A DNA stretch of 64,000 bases. Source: Auanema rhodensis. Taxonomy: Eukaryota > Animalia > Nematoda. Positions 53,677 to 64,000 of this stretch are shown piece after piece. Under the pieces are notes generated by a model that saw only the letters and a program-made list of their open reading frames with translations, did not search any database and had not been told where the DNA came from. The stretch's first letter is position 1. Each line of letters starts with the position of its first letter. The stretch is from contig CAXKVF010000073.1 in NCBI GenBank assembly GCA_964057225.1, positions 372,001 through 436,000 on the forward strand, given 5' to 3'. The position numbers were made by a program, and so were the translations under genes.

Positions 53677-56600
53677 ATGAACCAATATCAATAAAAATTT
53701 GTTTTTAGACTAATATGGACATGGGGAATCTAATTTTGAAAACCGCATCTCTTTATCTTTCACGTGAAGCGAGTTACATACCAAGTGCACATCACGTGTA
53801 CAATTAATTAGCATAAATTAAAGTTCACGTAAATTTCAAAGTCATGGTTACCATGAACCAATATCAATAAAAATTTGTTTTTAGACTAATATGGACATGG
53901 GGAATCTAATTTTGAAAACCGCATCTCTTTATCTTTCACGTGAAGCGAGTTACATACCAAGTGCACATCACGTGTACATTTAATTAGCATAAATTAAAGT
54001 TCACGTAAATTTCAAAGTCATGGTTACCATGAACCAATATCAATAAAAATTTGTTTTTAGACTAATATGGACATGGGGAATCTAATTTTGAAAACCGCAT
54101 CTCTTTATCTTTCACGTGAAGCGAGTTACATACCAAGTGCACATCACGTGTACATTTAATTAGCATAAATCAAAGTTCACGTAAATTTCAAAGTCATGGT
54201 TACCATGAACCAATATCAATAAAAATTTGTTTTTAGACTAATATGGACATGGGGAATCTAATTTTGAAAACCGCATCTCTTTATCTTTCACGTGAAGCGA
54301 GTTACATACCAAGTGCACATCACGTGTACAATTAATTAGCATAAATTAAAGTTCACGTAAATTTCAAAGTCATGGTTACCATGAACCAATATCAATAAAA
54401 ATTTGTTTTTAGACTAATATGGACATGGGGAATCTAATTTTGAAAATCGCATCTCTTTATCTTTCACGTGAAGCGAGTTACATACCAAGTGCACATCACG
54501 TGTACATTTAATTAGCATAAATTAAAGTTCACGTAAATTTCAAAGTCATGGTTACCATGAACCAATATCAATAAAAATTTGTTTTTAGACTAATATGGAC
54601 ATGGGGAATCTAATTTTGAAAACCGCATCTCTTTATCTTTCACGTGAAGCGAGTTACATACCAAGTGCACATCACGTGTACATTTAATTAGCATAAATTA
54701 AAGTTCACGTAAATTTCAAAGTCATGGTTACCATGCACCAATATCAATAAAAATTTGTTTTTAGACTAATATGGACATGGGGAATCTAATTTTGAAAACC
54801 GCATCTCTTTATCTTTCACGTGAAGCGAGTTACATACCAAGTGCACATCACGTGTACATTTAATTAGCATAAATTAAAGTTCACGTAAATTTCAAAGTCA
54901 TGGTTACCATGCACCAATATCAATAAAAATTTGTTTTTAGACTAATATGGACATGGGGAATCTTATTTTGAAAACCGCATCTCTTTATCTTTCACGTGAA
55001 GCGAGTTACATACCAAGTGCACATCACGTGTACATTTAATTAGCATAAATCAAAGTTCACGTAAATTTCAAAGTCATGGTTACCATGAACCAATATCAAT
55101 AAAAATTTGTTTTTAGACTAATATGGACATGGGGAATCTAATTTTGAAAACCGCATCTCTTTATCTTTCACGTGAAGCGAGTTACATACCAAGTGCACAT
55201 CACGTGTACAATTAATTAGCATAAATTAAAGTTCACGTAAATTTCAAAGTCATGGTTACCATGAACCAATATCAATAAAAATTTGTTTTTAGACTAATAT
55301 GGACATGGGGAATTTAATTTTGAAAACCGCATCTCTTTATCTTTCACGTGAAGCGAGTTACATACCAAGTGCACATCACGTGTACATTTAATTAGCATAA
55401 ATTAAAGTTCACGTAAATTTCAAAGTCATGGTTACCATGAACCAATATCAATAAAAATTTGTTTTTAGACTAATATGGACATGGGGAATCTAATTTTGAA
55501 AACCGAATCTCTTTATCTTTCACGTGAAGCGAGTTACATACCAAGTGCACATCACGTGTACATTTAATTAGCATAAATTAAAGTTCACGTAAATTTCAAA
55601 GTCATGGTTACCATGCACCAATATCAATAAAAATTTGTTTTTAGACTAATATGGACATGGGGAATCTAATTTTGAAAACCGCATCTCTTTATCTTTCACG
55701 TGAAGCGAGTTACATACCAAGTGCACATCACGTGTACATTTAATTAGCATAAATTAAAGTTCACGTAAATTTCAAAGTCATGGTTACCATGCACCAATAT
55801 CAATAAAAATTTGTTTTTAGACTAATATGGACATGGGGAATCTTATTTTGAAAACCGCATCTCTTTATCTTTCACGTGAAGCGAGTTACATACCAAGTGC
55901 ACATCACGTGTACATTTAATTAGCATAAATCAAAGTTCACGTAAATTTCAAAGTCTTGGTTACCATGAACCAATATCAATAAAAATTTGTTTTTAGACTA
56001 ATATGGACATGGGGAATCTAATTTTGAAAACCGCATCTCTTTATCTTTCACGTGAAGCGAGTTACATACCAAGTGCACATCACGTGTACAATTAATTAGC
56101 ATAAATTAAAGTTCACGTAAATTTCAAAGTCATGGTTACCATGAACCAATATCAATAAAAATTTGTTTTTAGACTAATATGGACATGGGGAATCTAATTT
56201 TGAAAACCGCATCTCTTTATCTTTCACGTGAAGCGAGTTACATACCAAGTGCACATCACGTGTACATTTAATTAGCATAAATTAAAGTTCACGTAAATTT
56301 CAAAGTCATGGTTACCATGAACCAATATCAATAAAAATTTGTTTTTAGACTAATATGGACATGGGGAATCTAATTTTGAAAACCGCATCTCTTTATCTTT
56401 CACGTGAAGCGAGTTACATACCAAGTGCACATCACGTGTACATTTAATTAGCATAAATCAAAGTTCACGTAAATTTCAAAGTCATGGTTACCATGAACCA
56501 ATATCAATAAAAATTTGTTTTTAGACTAATATGGACATGGGGAATCTAATTTTGAAAACCGCATCTCTTTATCTTTCACGTGAAGCGAGTTACATACCAA

Positions 56601-59600
56601 GTGCACATCACGTGTACAATTAATTAGCATAAATTAAAGTTCACGTAAATTTCAAAGTCATGGTTACCATGAACCAATATCAATAAAAATTTGTTTTTAG
56701 ACTAATATGGACATGGGGAATCTAATTTTGAAAACCGCATCTCTTTATCTTTCACGTGAAGCGAGTTACATACCAAGTGCACATCACGTGTACATTTAAT
56801 TAGCATAAATTAAAGTTCACGTAAATTTCAAAGTCATGGTTACCATGCACCAATATCAATAAAAATTTGTTTTTAGACTAATATGGACATGGGGAATCTT
56901 ATTTTGAAAACCGCATCTCTTTATCTTTCACGTGAAGCGAGTTACATACCAAGTGCACATCACGTGTACATTTAATTAGCATAAATCAAAGTTCACGTAA
57001 ATTTCAAAGTCATGGTTACCATGAACCAATATCAATAAAAATTTGTTTTTAGACTAATATGGACATGGGGAATCTAATTTTGAAAACCGCATCTCTTTAT
57101 CTTTCACGTGAAGCGAGTTACATACCAAGTGCACATCACGTGTACAATTAATTAGCATAAATTAAAGTTCACGTAAATTTCAAAGTCATGGTTACCATGA
57201 ACCAATATCAATAAAAATTTGTTTTTAGACTAATATGGACATGGGGAATCTAATTTTGAAAACCGCATCTCTTTATCTTTCACGTGAAGCGAGTTACATA
57301 CCAAGTGCACATCACGTGTACATTTAATTAGCATAAATTAAAGTTCACGTAAATTTCAAAGTCATGGTTACCATGAACCAATATCAATAAAAATTTGTTT
57401 TTAGACTAATATGGACATGGGGAATCTAATTTTGAAAACCGAATCTCTTTATCTTTCACGTGAAGCGAGTTACATACCAAGTGCACATCACGTGTACATT
57501 TAATTAGCATAAATTAAAGTTCACGTAAATTTCAAAGTCATGGTTACCATGCACCAATATCAATAAAAATTTGTTTTTAGACTAATATGGACATGGGGAA
57601 TCTAATTTTGAAAACCGCATCTCTTTATCTTTCACGTGAAGCGAGTTACATACCAAGTGCACATCACGTGTACATTTAATTAGCATAAATTAAAGTTCAC
57701 GTAAATTTCAAAGTCATGGTTACCATGCACCAATATCAATAAAAATTTGTTTTTAGACTAATATGGACATGGGGAATCTTATTTTGAAAACCGCATCTCT
57801 TTATCTTTCACGTGAAGCGAGTTACATACCAAGTGCACATCACGTGTACATTTAATTAGCATAAATCAAAGTTCACGTAAATTTCAAAGTCTTGGTTACC
57901 ATGAACCAATATCAATAAAAATTTGTTTTTAGACTAATATGGACATGGGGAATCTAATTTTGAAAACCGCATCTCTTTATCTTTCACGTGAAGCGAGTTA
58001 CATACCAAGTGCACATCACGTGTACAATTAATTAGCATAAATTAAAGTTCACGTAAATTTCAAAGTCATGGTTACCATGAACCAATATCAATAAAAATTT
58101 GTTTTTAGACTAATATGGACATGGGGAATCTAATTTTGAAAACCGCATCTCTTTATCTTTCACGTGAAGCGAGTTACATACCAAGTGCACATCACGTGTA
58201 CATTTAATTAGCATAAATTAAAGTTCACGTAAATTTCAAAGTCATGGTTACCATGAACCAATATCAATAAAAATTTGTTTTTAGACTAATATGGACATGG
58301 GGAATCTAATTTTGAAAACCGCATCTCTTTATCTTTCACGTGAAGCGAGTTACATACCAAGTGCACATCACGTGTACATTTAATTAGCATAAATCAAAGT
58401 TCACGTAAATTTCAAAGTCATGGTTACCATGAACCAATATCAATAAAAATTTGTTTTTAGACTAATATGGACATGGGGAATCTAATTTTGAAAACCGCAT
58501 CTCTTTATCTTTCACGTGAAGCGAGTTACATACCAAGTGCACATCACGTGTACAATTAATTAGCATAAATTAAAGTTCACGTAAATTTCAAAGTCATGGT
58601 TACCATGAACCAATATCAATAAAAATTTGTTTTTAGACTAATATGGACATGGGGAATCTAATTTTGAAAATCGCATCTCTTTATCTTTCACGTGAAGCGA
58701 GTTACATACCAAGTGCACATCACGTGTACATTTAATTAGCATAAATTAAAGTTCACGTAAATTTCAAAGTCATGGTTACCATGAACCAATATCAATAAAA
58801 ATTTGTTTTTAGACTAATATGGACATGGGGAATCTAATTTTGAAAACCGCATCTCTTTATCTTTCACGTGAAGCGAGTTACATACCAAGTGCACATCACG
58901 TGTACATTTAATTAGCATAAATTAAAGTTCACGTAAATTTCAAAGTCATGGTTACCATGCACCAATATCAATAAAAATTTGTTTTTAGACTAATATGGAC
59001 ATGGGGAATCTAATTTTGAAAACCGCATCTCTTTATCTTTCACGTGAAGCGAGTTACATACCAAGTGCACATCACGTGTACATTTAATTAGCATAAATTA
59101 AAGTTCACGTAAATTTCAAAGTCATGGTTACCATGCACCAATATCAATAAAAATTTGTTTTTAGACTAATATGGACATGGGGAATCTTATTTTGAAAACC
59201 GCATCTCTTTATCTTTCACGTGAAGCGAGTTACATACCAAGTGCACATCACGTGTACATTTAATTAGCATAAATCAAAGTTCACGTAAATTTCAAAGTCA
59301 TGGTTACCATGAACCAATATCAATAAAAATTTGTTTTTAGACTAATATGGACATGGGGAATCTAATTTTGAAAACCGCATCTCTTTATCTTTCACGTGAA
59401 GCGAGTTACATACCAAGTGCACATCACGTGTACAATTAATTAGCATAAATTAAAGTTCACGTAAATTTCAAAGTCATGGTTACCATGAACCAATATCAAT
59501 AAAAATTTGTTTTTAGACTAATATGGACATGGGGAATCTAATTTTGAAAACCGCATCTCTTTATCTTTCACGTGAAGCGAGTTACATACCAAGTGCACAT

Positions 59601-60188
59601 CACGTGTACATTTAATTAGCATAAATTAAAGTTCACGTAAATTTCAAAGTCATGGTTACCATGAACCAATATCAATAAAAATTTGTTTTTAGACTAATAT
59701 GGACATGGGGAATCTAATTTTGAAAACCGAATCTCTTTATCTTTCACGTGAAGCGAGTTACATACCAAGTGCACATCACGTGTACATTTAATTAGCATAA
59801 ATTAAAGTTCACGTAAATTTCAAAGTCATGGTTACCATGCACCAATGTCAATAAAAATTTGTTTTTAGACTAATATGGACATGGGGAATCTAATTTTGAA
59901 AACCGCATCTCTTTATCTTTCACGTGAAACGAGTTACATACCAAGTGCACATCACGTGTACATTTAATTAGCATAAATTAAAGTTCACGTAAATTTCAAA
60001 GTCATGGTTACCATGCACCAATATCAATAAAAATTTGTTTTTAGACTAATATGGACATGGGGAATCTTATTTTGAAAACCGAATCTCTTTATCTTTCACG
60101 TGAAGCGAGTTACATACCAAGTGCACATCACGTGTACATTTAATTAGCATAAATCAAAGTTCACGTAAATTTCAAAGTCATGGTTACC
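53325..60188. repeat. 11-13-monomer higher-order repeat with 24-monomer (4224-bp) super-period
   Basis: T168 occurs at 53668, 55956 and 57892 (13 and 11 monomers apart). T67 occurs at 54447 and 58671 (4224 bp apart), with matching marker order in m304-318 and m328-342. Confidence 0.8.
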
Positions 60189-63100
60189 ATGAACCAATAT
60201 CAATAAAAATTTGTTTTTAGACTAATATGGACATGGGGAATCTAATTTTGAAAACCGCATCTCTTTATCTTTCACGTGAAGCGAGTTACATACCAAGTGC
60301 ACATCACGTGTACATTTAATTAGCATAAATTAAAGTTCACGTAAATTTCAAAGTCATGGTTACCATGCACCAATATCAATAAAAATTTGTTTTTAGACTA
60401 ATATGAACATGGGGAATCTTATTTTGAAAACCGCATCTCTTTATCTTTCACGTGCAGCGAGTTACATACCAAGTGCACATCACGTGTACATTTAATTAGC
60501 ATAAATCAAAGTTCACGTAAATTTCAAAGTCATGGTTACCATGAACCAATATCAATAAAAATTTGTTTTTAGACTAATATGGACATGGGGAATCTAATTT
60601 TGAAAACCGCATCTCTTTATCTTTCACGTGAAGCGAGTTACATACCAAGTGCACATCACGTGTACAATTAATTAGCATAAATTAAAGTTCACGTAAATTT
60701 CAAAGTCATGGTTACCATGAACCAATATCAATAAAAATTTGTTTTTAGACTAATATGGACATGGGGAATCTAATTTTGAAAACCGCATCTCTTTATCTTT
60801 CACGTGAAGCGAGTTACATACCAAGTGCACATCACGTGTACATTTAATTAGCATAAATTAAAGTTCACGTAAATTTCAAAGTCATGGTTACCATGAACCA
60901 ATATCAATAAAAATTTGTTTTTAGACTAATATGGACATGGGGAATCTAATTTTGAAAACCGCATCTCTTTATCTTTCACGTGAAGCGAGTTACATACCAA
61001 GTGCACATCACGTGTACATTTAATTAGCATAAATTAAAGTTCACGTAAATTTCAAAGTCATGGTTACCATGCACCAATATCAATAAAAATTTGTTTTTAG
61101 ACTAATATGGACATGGGGAATCTTATTTTGAAAACCGCATCTCTTTATCTTTCACGTGAAGCGAGTTACATACCAAGTGCACATCACGTGTACATTTAAT
61201 TAGCATAAATCAAAGTTCACGTAAATTTCAAAGTCATGGTTACCATGAACCAATATCAATAAAAATTTGTTTTTAGACTAATATGGACATGGGGAATCTA
61301 ATTTTGAAAACCGCATCTCTTTATCTTTCACGTGAAGCGAGTTACATACCAAGTGCACATCACGTGTACAATTAATTAGCATAAATTAAAGTTCACGTAA
61401 ATTTCAAAGTCATGGTTACCATGAACCAATATCAATAAAAATTTGTTTTTAGACTAATATGGACATGGGGAATCTAATTTTGAAAACCGCATCTCTTTAT
61501 CTTTCACGTGAAGCGAGTTACATACCAAGTGCACATCACGTGTACATTTAATTAGCATAAATTAAAGTTCACGTAAATTTCAAAGTCATGGTTACCATGC
61601 ACCAATATCAATAAAAATTTGTTTTTAGACTAATATGGACATGGGGAATCTAATTTTGAAAACCGCATCTCTTTATCTTTCACGTGAAGCGAGTTACATA
61701 CCAAGTGCACATCACGTGTACATTTAATTAGCATAAATTAAAGTTCACGTAAATTTCAAAGTCATGGTTACCATGAACCAATATCAATAAAAATTTGTTT
61801 TTAGACTAATATGGACATGGGGAATCTAATTTTGAAAACCGCATCTCTTTATCTTTCACGTGAAGCGAGTTACATACCAAGTGCACATCACGTGTACATT
61901 TAATTAGCATAAATTAAAGTTCACGTAAATTTCAAAGTCATGGTTACCATGCACCAATATCAATAAAAATTTGTTTTTAGACTAATATGGACATGGGGAA
62001 TCTAATTTTGAAAACCGCATCTCTTTATCTTTCACGTGAAGCGAGTTACATACCAAGTGCACATCACGTGTACATTTAATTAGCATAAATTAAAGTTCAC
62101 GTAAATTTCAAAGTCATGGTTACCATGCACCAATATCAATAAAAATTTGTTTTTAGACTAATATGGACATGGGGAATCTTATTTTGAAAACCGCATCTCT
62201 TTATCTTTCACGTGAAGCGAGTTACATACCAAGTGCACATCACGTGTACATTTAATTAGCATAAATCAAAGTTCACGTAAATTTCAAAGTCATGGTTACC
62301 ATGAACCAATATCAATAAAAATTTGTTTTTAGACTAATATGGACATGTGGAATCTAATTTTGAAAACCGCATCTCTTTATCTTTCACGTGAAGCGAGTTA
62401 CATACCAAGTGCACATCACGTGTACAATTAATTAGCATAAATTAAAGTTCACGTAAATTTCAAAGTCATGGTTACCATGAACCAATATCAATAAAAATTT
62501 GTTTTTAGACTAATATGGACATGGGGAATCTAATTTTGAAAACCGCATCTCTTTATCTTTCACGTGAAGCGAGTTACATACCAAGTGCACATCACGTGTA
62601 CATTTAATTAGCATAAATTAAAGTTCACGTAAATTTCAAAGTCATGGTTACCATGAACCAATATCAATAAAAATTTGTTTTTAGACTAATATGGACATGG
62701 GGAATCTAATTTTGAAAACCGCATCTCTTTATCTTTCACGTGAAGCGAGTTACATACCAAGTGCACATCACGTGTACATTTAATTAGCATAAATCAAAGT
62801 TCACGTAAATTTCAAAGTCATGGTTACCATGAACCAATATCAATAAAAATTTGTTTTTAGACTAATATGGACATGGGGAATCTAATTTTGAAAACCGCAT
62901 CTCTTTATCTTTCACGTGAAGCGAGTTACATACCAAGTGCACATCACGTGTACAATTAATTAGCATAAATTAAAGTTCACGTAAATTTCAAAGTCATGGT
63001 TACCATGAACCAATATCAATAAAAATTTGTTTTTAGACTAATATGGACATGGGGAATCTAATTTTGAAAACCGCATCTCTTTATCTTTCACGTGAAGCGA

Positions 63101-64000
63101 GTTACATACCAAGTGCACATCACGTGTACATTTAATTAGCATAAATTAAAGTTCACGTAAATTTCAAAGTCATGGTTACCATGCACCAATATCAATAAAA
63201 ATTTGTTTTTAGACTAATATGGACATGGGGAATCTTATTTTGAAAACCGCATCTCTTTATCTTTCACGTGAAGCGAGTTACATACCAAGTGCACATCACG
63301 TGTACATTTAATTAGCATAAATCAAAGTTCACGTAAATTTCAAAGTCATGGTTACCATGAACCAATATCAATAAAAATTTGTTTTTAGACTAATATGGAC
63401 ATGGGGAATCTAATTTTGAAAACCGCATCTCTTTATCTTTCACGTGAAGCGAGTTACATACCAAGTGCACATCACGTGTACAATTAATTAGCATAAATTA
63501 AAGTTCACGTAAATTTCAAAGTCATGGTTACCATGAACCAATATCAATAAAAGTTTGTTTTTAGACTAATATGGACATGGGGAATCTAATTTTGAAAACC
63601 GCATCTCTTTATCTTTCAAGTGAAGCGAGTTACATACCAAGTGCACATCACGTGTACATTTAATTAGCATAAATTAAAGTTCACGTAAATTTCAAAGTCA
63701 TGGTTACCATGAACCAATATCAATAAAAATTTGTTTTTAGACTAATATGGACATGGGGAATCTAATTTTGAAAACCGCATCTCTTTATCTTTCACGTGAA
63801 GCGAGTTACATACCAAGTGCACATCACGTGTACATTTAATTAGCATGAATTAAAGTTCACGTAAATTTCAAAGTCATGGTTACCATGAACCAATATCAAT
63901 AAAAATTTGTTTTTAGACTAATATGGACATGGGGAATCTAATTTTGAAAACCGCATCTCTTTATCTTTCACGTGAAGCGAGTTACATACCAAGTGCACAT

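Larger units (their letters stand above)
1..64000. repeat. 176-bp AT-rich tandem satellite array (~363.7 copies), probably centromeric/pericentromeric or other heterochromatic satellite of a eukaryote
   Basis: The monomer start ATG(A/C)ACCAATATC recurs at 1, 177, 353, 881 and onward. After four 1-bp deletions it follows 176(n-1)-3 exactly (e.g. 13197, 31501, 57901, 63885). The consensus has 56/176 G+C. No non-satellite sequence or inversion was seen. The repeat call is direct; a centromeric role is inferred from monomer size and homogeneity. Confidence 0.99.

Noticed and set aside
1-64000. CRISPR array or integron-like cassette array, suggested by palindromic repeats
   Set aside because: There are no unique spacers or cassettes: the entire 176 bp is repeated, and there are no cas or integrase genes.
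1-64000. Technical artefact (rolling-circle concatemer or collapsed assembly)
   Set aside because: Variants form nested, hierarchical patterns with position-specific domains and private alleles, unlike random error or identical copies. Exact copy numbers of individual blocks still need read validation.

Overview
The whole 64,000-bp window is one uninterrupted, single-orientation, head-to-tail tandem array of a 176-bp AT-rich (about 32% GC) satellite monomer: 363 complete copies plus a 116-bp partial copy. Consensus read from the sequence: ATGAACCAATATCAATAAAAATTTGTTTTTAGACTAATATGGACATGGGGAATCTAATTTTGAAAACCGCATCTCTTTATCTTTCACGTGAAGCGAGTTACATACCAAGTGCACATCACGTGTACATTTAATTAGCATAAATTAAAGTTCACGTAAATTTCAAAGTCATGGTTACC. 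Copies differ from it by about 0-4 substitutions. Only four 1-bp deletions disturb the register, all before 11.9 kb. I found no credible genes, RNA genes, transposons or CRISPR arrays. Nucleosome-sized monomers, high homogeneity and the lack of interruptions fit a eukaryotic centromeric or other heterochromatic satellite, but I cannot name the organism or satellite family. The informative content is (i) the monomer's palindromes and its three TCACGT motifs spaced 32-33 bp apart, one a CDEI-like ATCACGTG that looks invariant, and (ii) a nested higher-order structure traced by rare variants: a dimer, 4/6/8/11-mer tandem duplications, 15-19-mer and 11-13-mer higher-order repeats (HORs), 7-9 kb block duplications, and a switch between two variant domains at about 36.6-39.7 kb. 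All variant calls were made by eye. Monomers are numbered m1, m2 and so on from position 1, and 'pos' means position within the monomer.
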